A stretch of DNA of 64,000 nucleotides. Origin: Epithemia pelagica. Its lineage: Eukaryota > Protista > Bacillariophyta. The stretch spans positions 1 through 64,000 of the forward strand of contig CAMPTO020000005.1 in the NCBI GenBank assembly GCA_946965045.2, given 5' to 3'. The stretch's first letter is position 1; each line of letters opens with the position of its first letter. Below are positions 35,896 through 48,656 of this stretch, piece by piece. The notes beneath the pieces are model-generated. The model did not search any database. It worked only from the letters and a program-made list of their open reading frames with translations, and was not told where the DNA came from. The translations under genes and the position numbers were made by a program.

Positions 35896-38800
35896 ATGTG
35901 GTTCCTGTCTAAACGAAGAACGAACAACCACAAGACCCCGTCCAACAAGCATGGCGATGGTACAAACGGCGATTTTCCAAATCCCTTCTCCTTCAATACG
36001 AGACAGAGAAGGAGACTACTGTTTGGTGGTTCGTGGGAGTGTTGGAAACGAAAAAACCGAGACGAGGAGGATAAGGATTCGAATCGAGCATGGAAAACCA
36101 CCAATCGTAGAGAACCAAAACGGCGCCAAGAAAGCAAGCAAGCATCGGCTTCACAACAACAACAAGATTCCATGCAGAAGGCTAGTTATTCTAAAGACAC
36201 CGCCATGTCCTTGGTAACGTACAACCATATCCAATCACTGGATGGAGAACAGGATCAATTACGGGGCACGTGCCTTACTGATAGTATGAAGCGACGCATG
36301 ATACAACACTGGGGAGAACGACACTTGCCCCATCTCAACTACACATGTATAACTGATCAAGGGGCCCAAGCCCTTTTGGATTTGGATCGAGAGGCTAAAT
36401 GTGGTCGTCCCATTGACTGGTTCTTCTTGAATCTCTCTGATGGTCGTGAGCTTGGAGATGCAGGCATTACAGCTTTGGCCCAGGCCTTTGTTCAACAATC
36501 CATTCGTCATCAATCCGAGAACCCAACTTGGCTCACCATTTCCGTCCAATCGCTCAATGATAAACTGGCAGTCCAGTTGGCCGAGACTCTCAAGCAAAAT
36601 CCCTCGTGGTATTGCTTGGAACTCAAGTTATGGATTGGAGTCGATAGCTTGCAAGCACTAATTCAAGCCTTGCATACCAACCGTGTTTGGAAAGAATTGC
36701 ACTTGTACAACAACATGGATGACGATGCAGCAATTGCAGTGGCCCAGGCACTGCAACACAACACGGTATGGACCTTTTTGGACTTGTGTGGAACGATTGG
36801 GAATACCGATGGACTACAAGCCTTGGCCCAGGCACTGAGCGTCCGTACTGCATGGACACGATTCGAACTGTCGGGCTGCGGCTTACGTCACCACAATGGC
36901 CTTGCGTGTTTGGCTCGGGCAATTAGTACAAATCCAGAATGGGAGGCCTTTGCGCTTCGGGAGACGCAAATCGACGATGGGGGAATGGAATTGTTGGCCA
37001 ACGCGTTGATGGACAATACAGGGTGGCGCGTCTTGGATGTATCGTTCATTGACTTGAAAGGAGAAGTACATGCCGAGACGTTGGCTTTGGCCTTGCGGGG
37101 ACAATCATGTTGGAAGTACTTGATTCTCAACGTTGCTGGCATGGGGGACCAGGGCCTGCAAATGATTCGACAAATGTTTCATACCTCCCTAAACAATTGG
37201 CACCGTTTTGCCCTTCATTTGGGTGGCCATTCGTGGGAGGACGCCGACGATCATGTTCAGGAATTGAGCGAGCTCTTGCTACGCAAGCGACTGCGCAAGG
37301 GCTGGAAATCCTTGGTCCTTTGGTTTCCCCATTGGAGTAGCACTGAAATGACTCACTTGACTCACACATGGGAGGATGGTTCTCCAGACGAAACCACGGC
37401 AACAGCTGAGGAGAGCCAACAAGAACAAGATCAACATTTGTTTTGGACCAATTTGAGCGCGGAAAACTCGCTCCGCATGGCCAATTATTTGGGACAGTGC
37501 TGGCAATCCATGGATCTGTCCATGCTCCATTCTTCCCAGCAGCAGCAAAACGATTCGACCGACGAACTAAGTCCTTGTGGTGATGTGAATGGAGCCTCTG
37601 GTCTCCTTATTCCACGTCTCATTTCGTTACACCACATTCCACGCCTTTCCTTTGAAGCAGCCCTCGCATTGATTCAATCCATCCCGCACCACCGCCACAA
37701 GAAGCCTGCTGGTGTGTCGCACGGGACATTATGTGAGACCACGGATAGTACAAACAGAGCAACACGGATACTCACAACGCCCAATTTCTCTTGGACTCGT
37801 TTGTCCTTGAGTCACCTCAATATGAGCGATATCGGAGCCAACATGATTGCAAAAGTGTTGCAACAAAACAAAACGTGGCAAATTCTTGACCTGGCCCATA
37901 CGGCAATCGACGATCATGGCATAGCGATGCTCATGGATGGTATGAAAGAACATCTGGAGTGGCATTGCTTGAATGTGTCTCACACCAAGGTTGGACCAAT
38001 GGGAGCGCAAGTGTTGGGCATGGCATTGTTGCGTAACGTCACGTGGTCTTGTTTTTCCATCTCCCACAACAGGCTCATCACAGATGAAGGACTGCAGTGC
38101 CTGGCTCTGGGAATCGCTGGTCGACCATGGCATACAATCGATCTCGGCTTCACCAAGAACCTGTCCGACACGGGCCTTAAAGTGTTGTCGCGTGCCTTGA
38201 TGGTCACTGGAGGAGCCGCGTCGACATGCTCCTGGCGCCATTTGCGCTTGTCCCATTGCGACATGGGAGACTCGGGTGTGATTCGATTGGCCCTGGCAAT
38301 GCGACAGAATTTGCAGTGGCAAAGGATTGATCTTGGGGACACATTCATGACCAGCGATGATATGGAAGTGATTTCGGATGCTCTGGAGAAAAATCCAGAA
38401 TGGAATACGTTGGACCTGAGGCACGCTGCTCGAGACAACTTTGAAGCCAAGACAATCCTGGATATCACTCAGATGAATCCGACCTGGAAAGCGATTGAAT
38501 ACAAATTACCTTCCTCGCCCAATCATCAAGGAATCGTTCCGTTTTCTGACGTTGGCATTGACTCCATAATGAATGAAAAAACACATGAGAAGGGTAGTGG
38601 AGGGCATCTTGTGATTACCACAAAAACGTCGTCAGGGCAAGGCAGCAACGAAATATGTCTTGCCTCACAAGCAAAACCAGGTTTGGAACCGTTATTCTTT
38701 GGTTTCCATCTTGAAATGGCCATTGACTATGGTCAATCACTGATCACTTCTCTATGCATGATTAGGTCGAGGAGTTTTCTGGACGTGGGCAAAATCCTCC

Positions 38801-39676
38801 TTGAAGTGTCGGAATCACTGGCAAGGATCAATCGTATTCGACTCTCCAGGAACGGCGGCACGGAATGGAATCCTTTGCAAAAGTTGCCTCCAGCACTGTC
38901 GAGACAAGTTGAGAGCATTCTTTCCTTTGGTATGGACTTGGCAGAAATCATGCAGGACAAGTTGGACGGTACTACCCGAAAGCCTCTCTATGACGTGTTC
39001 ATCTCCTTTGCGGGAGAAGTTCGGTGCGAACGAGACTGTGACTATGTAGAAATGCTACAACAACAGATCGAACGGGCGGCAAACGGAGAGAAAGTCACCC
39101 TATTTGTGGATAGCCAGTCGATGCGTCCCGGAGAAACCAGTTGTCCCACGGTCACCATGTTCAAACACATTTTGACGTCCCGCGTGGTGGTCAGTGTTGC
39201 ATCGACACACTATGTCCAAAAACGATGGCCAATGGCTGAATTTTTGTGTGCATTGGCTCGGAACAAGAGGGTGGGACCCTTGGGTCACAGTCCACTGATT
39301 GTCGATGCCATGCCAGGACTGGAGTCGTACCATCCGTGGTTCCCACTAATACCACAGGACACAACGACTCGTATTTATGGTACTTCCAGGAGCTGGTTGG
39401 ATGACTTGATCGTGTTGTTTCCTCCCTCGAGTCAACTTCCGTCAATGCAAAAATGCTACGGCATGAGCGACCACAAACAAGGTAAGAGTGACTGCGCACG
39501 CACGCACTGTATAGTGATTGCGAATCATTCGTATTTGGTATCTGACACGTTTCACATCAAATGGCCATATCTGGTAATACAATGCAGTGGCGGATCACAC
39601 TCTGCGCATTGCCAGCCATGTCCTTCATTCCCTGAAACTCCCCAAACAGGATGACCTATCAGCATCATCGGAATGA
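35896..39676 (+). CDS. RNI-like LRR protein with C-terminal TIR domain (intron 39482-39587 predicted)
   Basis: Many ALxxNxxWxxLdLs repeats. C-terminal YDVFISFAG...LFVDSQSMRPG...SRVVVSVASTHYVQKRWPMAEF is a TIR fold with the conserved Glu. GTAAG...CAG intron adds QVADHTLRIASHVLHSL...*. Confidence 0.85.
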
Positions 39677-40233
39677 GAATCTGTGTTTGTCCCCAATCAT
39701 ACAACACATAATATAGGGCTAATAGAAAGAGTCCCCCTTTGTTCGCGAGACACGAATAAAAGGCTTCTCGGAAGACCGACCCATCCGCGATCGACCCTCA
39801 GCGGACAGACAGACAGACAATCCTACCCTTGCGCTCCGGCAATATTTTAGTCCCTACTCCTAGCTACCACGCCGGTTGTTGTTGTTGCGAAGACTGGTAC
39901 AAGTAAGGAGAACCACCTTTGTTGTCCCTCTCTATCCAAAAGCCACAAGTTCCAAACATGGGGTCGTTGTTACCACAAGGATGAAACAAAGCTCTCGAAT
40001 ACACTGAAATACGATCTCATGAGCCGATACACACACGAGTTCCAAAATCCTCTAACTAACTAGGTAGTAGATACGAATACAGTAGTAGTAGGTAGTTCCC
40101 AAGGAGCAACCCCGTGGGTCGCCGCCTTCCAAGAGAGAGAACGGTATGTGGACCACTGCACGGTCCCCGTGGAACCCAGAGTCCAACGTTACGCCATGAC
40201 GGACCCATCGGACACACATCCAGAACCTCCTAC

Positions 40234-42071
40234 TTACTTGGCGTCGTAGTAATAGGCCACCAAGACAACATCGTGCGCCGCCGAAAACCGACCTCCGCCC
40301 TTGATTTCGAGTTGAATGGTCAACGGATGCATGGGTCCCACAATGGGTGAATCATTCGTGGGGTTCAAGACGACATGAGTCGGCGGCGGTCGATCGTCAT
40401 CCTCGTCGTCCTCGTTAGTGTTGTTGGTTGGTTTGGATTGAGCGGGAATTTCCAGGGCGGGCACCACCACGGTGGCACCATTCAGGACTTGGACGGAAAT
40501 GGGTTGGGTGGACCGAGTCCAGAGAGATAATTCCACACGTTGCTGGGCCGGCACGGTCCACGAGTGACTGGCCTTGTGTCGGACACTTAGCAATTGCGTG
40601 TCGAGATTGATATACGGCGTGTTGTTGTTGCTGTCCAAAGTCGAAGTCGAATCCGTTGATGATGATTGTTGTTGCTGTAACAGTGTCACCGTATCGGGTC
40701 CGGTACCACCATAATCACTGGGCAATTGATCCGCGTCCACCAATTCTCGCAAGCGTGCTTCACTGGCGGCCTTGCCGGAAATGAGTTCCACCTTGCTGGC
40801 CGCACGGGGATCCAAAAAGGCTTTGCACAAGCGCCAAAAGGCGGTAAAGAGGAGCGGGGCGTTCACCAAAATCATGCGACTCGTCGTTTCGGGAAAGCAA
40901 ACGGCATCAATGGCCGATTGAGCCTTGATGATATTGAGCGTTTTCTTGTTCAAATGACTGGTCGTCAAGCCCTGCAAATCCAGAATGCACAAACATTCAA
41001 AGCTTTCCCAAACACAAACAATAACAACAAGGAGAATTCGAAAAACAGCAAGAGCAAGACCGAATCCATTGGAATTGAAAAAGTTGCAAAGAAACACGTT
41101 CAAATACTGTGAGAGAGCATATGTACGTGGAATCCATGCGGTTGGATGGTCATCACAACCCATCCACAACGACAACGACAGATGAATTGGTTGCTTGCTT
41201 GGTTCGACCAATCCACTGCGTCGTCACGTACGCACGTTCCTTTGTTCGTACGGAATGGTACGTACCGTGTATTCGGATACTGCGCTTTGCGTTGGACGAG
41301 TCGTTGGGCCAAATCACGGGCCATTAAGTACCAATGCAATTGCACAATGTGGGTCACGTCCGTCAAGGTTTGAATGGCGGTACTATTGACTTGTCCCGGT
41401 TTGCTAATAAAGACGGGGACACCCGTCTTGTCAAAGCCACCGGTATAGAGTTGGGGAAATTGATGATAATACAAGGCCGGATCACAGCCCAAGGCGGTCG
41501 TCGGATTGGGATAAAAGTTGGCGGCGGCCGCCGTCGCTCGAACCCGTTGTCCTTCTTCCACCAAGGCAATCGTTTTGGGCAAGTCGAATTTGGCGTGTCG
41601 CAAAAAGCGACAGAGGGCCCAGACTTCGCCTTCTTCCCGTCCAAAGCCAAAAATGGTATCGTAAAATGCTGTATCATCGGCCGCGACGCGATTGTGCACG
41701 ACGGCTTGAAATTGCAAATAGACATCGGCTTCGTCCGAGGTTAAATGACCCGGCACTCCCCACAACAAGGGATTGGCCTCCACGCCACGACCCTTGACAT
41801 TCTGTGGTTGTTGTTGGGGAGAGAAACAGGGAGCGGCATAGAAGAAACCAAGCAATACGAAACCACAGTCCGTCGTCGACCACAACAACAACAATGACAT
41901 TCAAGTGTGTGTGTCAGAGAATTGGCATTTCGACACTCTCTTTTTGGATGATGGCAAGCATTTCTTTTGTCGTTTCGTTCGTACCTTTTTGTCTGGTTCG
42001 GGAGCTGGACCTCCCATGAGTTGTTCCTTGGTCCATCCTTGGTCCGAGCTCGGCGGTGTCGTCGTCGTCAT
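40234..42071 (-). CDS. Sec14/CRAL-TRIO lipid-binding protein with C-terminal GOLD-like region, 3 exons (42071-41985, 41801-41266, 41002-40234)
   Basis: ALCRFLRHAKFDL, GFDKTGVPVFISKPG, RFECLCILDLQGL and CFPETTSRMILVNAP...LPSDYGG. GT-AG introns join the exons in frame. Confidence 0.85.
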
Positions 42072-42796
42072 TGTTGTTGTTGTCTTTTTGTTATGATTGC
42101 AGGCGAGCTTTGGCGCAGGAGTTGCCGAATGAGCCACACTAGGTAGACACTATGGAGGGATTCACACAGCAGAGGGAGACACGAAACAAGATACCCTCTG
42201 ATAGGATGTTGTTGTCTTGTGTGTTTCTCTGTACAAAAGAAGAATCCAAACCGTGCTTGTCTTGCGCCAACGTGTGTGTGTGCTGTGTTGGAGATGAGAT
42301 TCCCAGAATTCCAAACCCACAAAAAAGATGCTACGGACGGTTCGTCTGCGGTCGGTGACGACGACAAAACTCCTACCGTCGCTCCCATCACGGTGCCATA
42401 TGGGTCGCGTATAAGTCGTCCCTGTCGCCTTCCTAGACTAGCTCTAGCTAGGTAGAGCAGAGGTGATACTCTTCGAGTTCTCTAGGAGTACGATAGAGAT
42501 GCATCCTGGTCCTGGTCCTGGAGAGAGAGAGAGAGAGAATGAAAGGTTCCGACTCACTCTCTCGTTTTGATGCGGAGAATGATACCCGGAATAATGTGTG
42601 GGTCAGTGGGTTGTTTGGTTCAAGTTCTACTAAATTACAGTATCCAAAATACAGTGGAAGTGGCGTTTTCGTTCGTTCTTTTGCCGGAGGATCCCACATC
42701 CTCCGAAACAGCAAACATCGAACGAAATCAAAGAGCCACACCACGGTCGGTTTCCCTGTTTCGTCAAGTTCCTTCGTTTGGGTTGTTGGTTCGTTC

Positions 42797-44812
42797 TCAG
42801 AGTGTTCGTTTGCCATCCGAGACGGGTTTGGTCGGATACGAGTCATCGTCATCGTAATACTCGTAATGGTCATCGTACAAGAACTTGTCATCGTAATAAA
42901 AGTCGTCATACTTGGTTTTTTGGTCCGACTTTTCTTTCTTGCCACTCTTTTTGTCGTCATCAAAGTAATGATCGGTCGGGGGTGGTGCCACGGGTTTGCC
43001 ATAATACTCATCGTCGTCATCATCGTCATCGTATTTGTCGTCGTCATAGTAAATAATCACCACTTCCTTCTTGCCGCCGCCCTCCTTCTTGCCCTTGGAA
43101 TAGTAGTAGCCATCGTCGTAGGGCTCATAATCGTCGTCGGTTGGTTTGGGATGGTAGACGGGCTTGGCCGTTGGTTTGGGGACGGGTCGTGGCGTGGGTC
43201 GACGTGTGGGTTTGGGCGTTGGTTTGGGTGTTGGTTTGGGTGTTGGCTTGGGCGTGGGCTTCGGCGTTGGCTTGGGTGTTGGTTTGGGAGTTGGTTTCGG
43301 AGTCGGTTTGGGTGTTGGTTTGGGAGTCGGTTTCGGTGTTGGCTTGGGAGTTGGCTTGGGTGTTGGTTTCGGAGTCGGTTTGGGAGTGGGCTTTGGCGTT
43401 GGTTTCGGAGTTGGCTTGGGTGTCGGTGGTGGTCCTACGGGCTTGGTGGGATACGAGTCGTCGTCGTCATAATAGTAATCGTCGTAGTAATAAATCACTT
43501 CCTTTTTGCCACCCTTGTCCTTTTTGCCATACGAGGAATCGTCGTCGTAGTAGCCCTTGCCCTTGGCCGGTGGTGGTTCGGCACCCTTGCCCTTGCCTTT
43601 GGCGGGTGGTGTTTCACCACCCTTGCCCTTGGATGGTGCTTCGCCGCCCTTGCCCTTGGCAGGAGGTGACACTCCCTTACCCTTGGCTGGCGGTGACACT
43701 CCCTTGCCCTTGGCAGGAGGTGACACTCCCTTGCCCTTGGAATAGACATCATCTTCTTTCACCCAATCGTCGTCCTCGTAATAAATCACCACTTCCTTTT
43801 TGCCACTCTTGTTCTTTTTTCCACCATCGTAGTAGTCGTCCGTGCCCTTGCCGTATCCGCCCTTGGCAGGACTGTCGCCACCCTTGCCTTTTGAGGAGGG
43901 AAATCCCTTGCCCCCTTTAGCTGGAGGACTGTCGCCACCCTTGCCTTTTCCTTTCGAGGCTGGAGGACTTTCGCCACCCTTGCCTTTTCCCTTCGAGGCG
44001 GGAGGACTTTCGGAGCCTTTTCCCTTGGCAGGAGGACTCTCACCACCCTTGCTCGGTGCACCTTTGCCCTTGGATTTCATCATTTTGGAACTCTTCTGGT
44101 CCATTTTGCTGCTGCTATCATCGCCACCCATTCCCTTTCCTTTGCCCTTGGACGAGTCCATACCTTTCCCCTTGCTGCTGCTCATCATGGATTCCATGCC
44201 CTTGCCCTTGGCCGAGCCGCCCTTGGCCGGAGCATCACCGCCTTTTCCCTTGGATGGTGCATCGCCACCTTTGCTGCCCTTGGAGCGGTCCATCATTTTG
44301 CTTTTGCTACTCTTGTCACTCTTGTCCATCATTTTGCTTTTGCTACTCTTGTCCATCATTTTGCTGCTACTGTCGTCTCCGCCTTTGCCTTTGCTGCCCA
44401 TGCCGCCGCCTTTGGTGGGTGCCCCACCCTTGCCCTTACCTTTGCCCTTGCCCTTGCTGGGTGGTGGTGGTGGAGGAGGAACGGGTTTGGGATACGAGGG
44501 ATACACGTCTTCCGTGTAGTCGTCGTGGTCCTTGACTCGTACTTGGCGACCAGCAAGTAGTCGTTCTTCTTGCATTTGTGTCGGCCGAACCACTGGGAAG
44601 GACGACGATGACGACAGGAGCGAGGAGGAGGACGACGATCCAAATGGTTCCTCAGTGTCGTCATGTAATTGTGATTGTGGTTCTTGATGTTGAGGACGGT
44701 GCCAGGACCAGGACATGGCCTCCACTGGTCGTGTGGTAGTGGTACTGACAACCACAATTAGAAACACAAGGGCGACCAGGGGCACCATCTTTACTCGCCG
44801 GGGAGACGTCAT
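42797..44812 (-). CDS. Secreted Lys/Gly/Pro/Tyr-rich repetitive protein (cell-wall, biosilica or adhesion type), 671 aa
   Basis: Hydrophobic N-terminal signal ([14 protein letters not shown]). KGKG/KSSK/KSGK motifs, about 20 PTPK repeats and YYDD acidic blocks. Confidence 0.8.
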   Translation of the reverse strand: MTSPRRVKMVPLVALVFLIVVVSTTTTRPVEAMSWSWHRPQHQEPQSQLHDDTEEPFGSSSSSSLLSSSSSFPVVRPTQMQEERLLAGRQVRVKDHDDYTEDVYPSYPKPVPPPPPPPSKGKGKGKGKGGAPTKGGGMGSKGKGGDDSSSKMMDKSSKSKMMDKSDKSSKSKMMDRSKGSKGGDAPSKGKGGDAPAKGGSAKGKGMESMMSSSKGKGMDSSKGKGKGMGGDDSSSKMDQKSSKMMKSKGKGAPSKGGESPPAKGKGSESPPASKGKGKGGESPPASKGKGKGGDSPPAKGGKGFPSSKGKGGDSPAKGGYGKGTDDYYDGGKKNKSGKKEVVIYYEDDDWVKEDDVYSKGKGVSPPAKGKGVSPPAKGKGVSPPAKGKGGEAPSKGKGGETPPAKGKGKGAEPPPAKGKGYYDDDSSYGKKDKGGKKEVIYYYDDYYYDDDDSYPTKPVGPPPTPKPTPKPTPKPTPKPTPKPTPKPTPKPTPKPTPKPTPKPTPKPTPKPTPKPTPKPTPKPTPKPTPKPTPKPTRRPTPRPVPKPTAKPVYHPKPTDDDYEPYDDGYYYSKGKKEGGGKKEVVIIYYDDDKYDDDDDDDEYYGKPVAPPPTDHYFDDDKKSGKKEKSDQKTKYDDFYYDDKFLYDDHYEYYDDDDSYPTKPVSDGKRTL

Positions 44813-46196
44813 TATCCTATTACGGGTCGACGATCGGCGATTGTTGGAGTATTCGTTGGTTCGTTTGCCTCTCGCTCTCTGGATCAGGCTCTGCCCTTCT
44901 TCTTCTTCGTTTGGAACTTGTTGTCACTCACAAGAGAGGGAGAAAAAGTGAGGTAGCTCTTGTCTCACACCAAAGAGAGAAACAGTACCTCTCAAAGAAT
45001 ATGTGTGTGTGTTTGGTTTTCAAATACTCTCTCACACAAATCTATCTATTGTTGATGGAGTTGTGTGCCATCAATCTCACAACAACACTACGACATGCAG
45101 ATTTCGTCGTGTCTGGATGCTCATGTGTATTGTAAATGTGAGTGTGTGTGTGTCTCTGTGCCCTCTTCGATTCAAACACCAAGAGGAAAGCCAGACGCAC
45201 CGCTCTTCTCTCATCCAACTCCGCCGCGGTTGTGGTTGGTTGTTATGGTCGATATGGTTGTTGGGTGATTCAAATCAAATCGGAAGTGACCCTTCCAAAA
45301 TTTTTGGCTCGGCCGGCGACACTCGAACGGACAATTTGAATCTTGGCTCGGAACTCGGAAGCGTTTCAGGCGGCAGCAGGGCGCGCGAACTCCGGTCCAT
45401 CCCTTTTGGGGGGTGAGACTTTGGAGGGGGAATGTACTAGAGTATGCGTACCCCCCCGCTATTCTCTCTCTTCCTCTACGGAGGTAGAGGGGATAGACTT
45501 GCTCTCTAGAGAGGCGACGACCCAAACAACAACTCGGAAACGAACGAGTGCAACAGCAATAGAAGGTGAAGAACCAAGGAGCAAACTACAAACGAACTAG
45601 GTAGAGTAGGTAAGACGAGAATATAGTTGTAGAAAGATGAATGGGAGCCAAGAACCAGAACACCACGCGTGGACCGACGTCACCCAGTAGGTAGAACCCA
45701 ACGTCGTTTGCAAAGTAGTAGGTTTCTCAGGAGCATTTATGTTTGTGGAGCGCCAGAAACATTGGACGTGGAGCTTTTGGGTGAGGCCCCGAATGAGGAA
45801 CAGAATGTTAGGACTCGTGTACCCCGGACCGTGTGGAATTGTGGAGGCACGAATCGTCCGAATACAAGCCTCCGCCGCCCAAGCGCGCATGGTTCGGTCC
45901 ATTTCGAACCATTGCAAACTCAACGATCCAAAGAAGGGATAGAGGTACACGCCAAGTCTCTTGTACTCTGGCTGTTCGAAACCACGGACCGTGGAGGAAG
46001 CACCGGCAAGGACGGCGACAACGACCCAAGGAAAATAAAAGAGTGCAAGAGTATATTTGGTACAGATTCAAGGAGCAAACTAGGGATTAGGACGAGCATC
46101 GAGTTTATAGTGTAAGTATATACATAGTCGAAATGAATTGGAACGAAAACGAAAAAAACAGAGAACGACCCAGTATAATCAACCAACCGTCTCCCA

Positions 46197-47408
46197 TTAG
46201 CTGGTAGGAGGCAGTGCGGGTGCGGCAGAGGGTGGTTGTTGCGAGGGTGGTGGCCCCGTGCCTTGTCGTGGTGCTGGAGCATGATGATGCGGTTCTTGAG
46301 CTGTCGTGGGTCCCGTAGCAGTCGTCGTGGGATCGTCGTATCCACCAAACAAGATTTGATCGGCAATAAAGGCGCCGAGGGGGGCACCAAAGCACGGCGC
46401 GACAATGTACAACCACGCTTGTCGAAAGGCCAAATTGGTCCATCCTGCCAAGTAGGCCACGATGCGGGGTCCAAAGTCTCGCGCCGGATTCATGCCGGCA
46501 CCCGTCAAGGGTGCCAAGGTACAGACGAGGGCACCGACGCAAATGCCAATAAAAGGCGCCACGTAGACATTGCGTTTCGTCGTATCATTGTCGGGATGGG
46601 TCAAGGCAAAGACGACGCCAGCCAAAAAGGCGGTCCCCATGACTTCGGTAAAAAAGGCCCGGGTCATGGTGACGGGCGACTGATAATAATCGCCAAAACA
46701 CCCCGCCGTGGCCAAGGCATTGTCACTGGACCGGACAATGCCATGTTGCACTTCGTACTGTCGAATTTCTGTCCCATACATGAAAAAGTTGACCCAGGCT
46801 CCCAGGGCGGCGCCCAAGACTTGAGCGACCACGTAGGGAATGAATTTGGGCCAGCCAAATTCCGGTGTCGGCCGCAAGACGACAAAGGCCAAGGAAATGG
46901 CCGGATTAATGTGCGCTCCCGAAATGGGACCGACCGTGGCAATGGCGGTCGTGACGGCAAAGCACCAGACGGCCGCGACTTGAAACAAACCTTCCAAACT
47001 GTCGGTGATACTGGCACTCATGACACTGCCCAATCCCAAAAACAGCAAAATGAAGGTTCCAATAAACTCGGCCACGACTTGACGACGCAATTCTTCCCAG
47101 GATTCTGGTGTCGTCGAGGCGGACCATTGCGGAAAGAGACGACGCCACAACTGAAACGAGTTGAAGGACGAAAAGCGTTGTTCCAATTGTCGTTGCAAAC
47201 TGGGACGTGGGGCTGTAGTCGTGGTGGATTCGCCTGCCTTGCCCTCTTCTTCGGGAGGATTGCCATTGTTGGGATGATTATTCTTGGTGACACCATCTCC
47301 ATCACCGCCACCCAAGGGCAACGGAATGGTACTCGAGGCAGAATAGTCAAATTCACCGGCCGCCGCCTCTGTTTGGGGGACCGTCTGGTATTGGGGATTG
47401 CGACTCAT
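46197..47408 (-). CDS. Aquaglyceroporin (MIP family, GlpF-like), ~403 aa
   Basis: GAHINPAIS and GMNPARDFGPR (two NPA motifs; Asp after the second NPA is the GLP signature). Six hydrophobic helices. Likely start MSRNPQY at 47408. Confidence 0.92.
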   Translation of the reverse strand: MSRNPQYQTVPQTEAAAGEFDYSASSTIPLPLGGGDGDGVTKNNHPNNGNPPEEEGKAGESTTTTAPRPSLQRQLEQRFSSFNSFQLWRRLFPQWSASTTPESWEELRRQVVAEFIGTFILLFLGLGSVMSASITDSLEGLFQVAAVWCFAVTTAIATVGPISGAHINPAISLAFVVLRPTPEFGWPKFIPYVVAQVLGAALGAWVNFFMYGTEIRQYEVQHGIVRSSDNALATAGCFGDYYQSPVTMTRAFFTEVMGTAFLAGVVFALTHPDNDTTKRNVYVAPFIGICVGALVCTLAPLTGAGMNPARDFGPRIVAYLAGWTNLAFRQAWLYIVAPCFGAPLGAFIADQILFGGYDDPTTTATGPTTAQEPHHHAPAPRQGTGPPPSQQPPSAAPALPPTS

Positions 47409-48656
47409 GCTGCTGATGATGATGGGATTTGCGGCAGTCGCAGTAGTTGTGGAAAGAACGAGGAGAAGAACAAGAATCGACAACCAGAACAAGTATCCAA
47501 CCCACCGTCGTCGAGCGAGAATGATTGGGGAACGAATGCTGCTGCTGTAGGTAGTTTGGGGTCGTCGTCGTACCAACCAACCACACAACCAACAAACACA
47601 GACACACGACGCAAAATGACGACAACCAAGAAGAGAGTGTGAGATGACCTCGCGCTGCACCTCTACTTTGCAAACACAGGAGGACAGGCACACAAAGCAC
47701 ACACAAGCACAACCAGAAAACCAAGTCTACCATTTGCGACAGGGGTTGCTTTGTTCGTTTCCCGACTTGCTGCTCCGTTCTCGTCGGTGTTGTCGTTTTG
47801 GTTCGTCGAGAGCCATTCTTCGCTTCGTCCGGTGGCACACCTCTACCATGTCTGGCTCCAAAACTACAGCGAGAGGAGGGAGAGGTGACAACCAACCGCC
47901 ATTGTTGGATCCAAACCAGGACACGACGGCAAACCATGAATGATCCGCCTGTTGCTTCTTGGAACAGCGCCTCCATGAATACTCGGCCCATTCGTTCGTG
48001 CCAGGACGTTGACAGAAAGAAAGAGAGAATCTTTGTGCCAACCAGAGAGAATCTGCCACTTCACCACCTGTGGTCTCTCTTGTGGTTGTCGAAGAGGGGA
48101 TGGTACTTGCGGTTCGAGGCCCAACTGCCTGGACACACCAATGACCCATGGCGTGTGGTGGTGGGTGGATCGGGCGGTGTGTGTGTGTGCAATTTCAAAA
48201 TGGAATCTTTGGGGCCACAGAGTGTGCGTGTCAGAATCAAAGCAATGACACGACGAGTTTCTTCACCTACCTCGAATGAGAGTGTCGTCGTCGAGAGAGA
48301 AAGAGCGAGTAGTGTCGACAAAGCAATGAAAATGCTTCAATTCGTGTTGCTATTCTATGGTTTGGTTTTCCGAATGGATGTAATGGCCGTGGATTGCGTT
48401 CGTGTGTGGATGGCTTTGCGTTTGATTTGATGGGGTGTGTTGATGGATTCGTTCGGGTGTGGGACGAGTTCCTCCATCCGCCGCTTCGCTTCTCGTTTCG
48501 GAAGGAACCGAGTACGACTACTGTTTGGGCCTATACTGTCATTTCCGATTCTTCATGTCCCACCTTCGAAGGGACCCTGCGAACACACACTGTGCGTGTG
48601 TCCCTTCGGTGTTCTCTTGAGGTCCGCACAGTTCTGCTAGTGCTAGACTGACTGGA

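Noticed and set aside
42539-44535. Several long plus-strand Gly/Val/Leu-rich ORFs
   Set aside because: Antisense shadows of the PTPK/KGKG repeats.
45473-45490. Hairpin CCTCTAC-ggag-GTAGAGG
   Set aside because: A single 7-bp stem is expected by chance in 64 kb, and rho-independent terminators do not apply to this eukaryotic context.
46236-47642. 468-aa plus-strand ORF
   Set aside because: Antisense shadow of the aquaglyceroporin.
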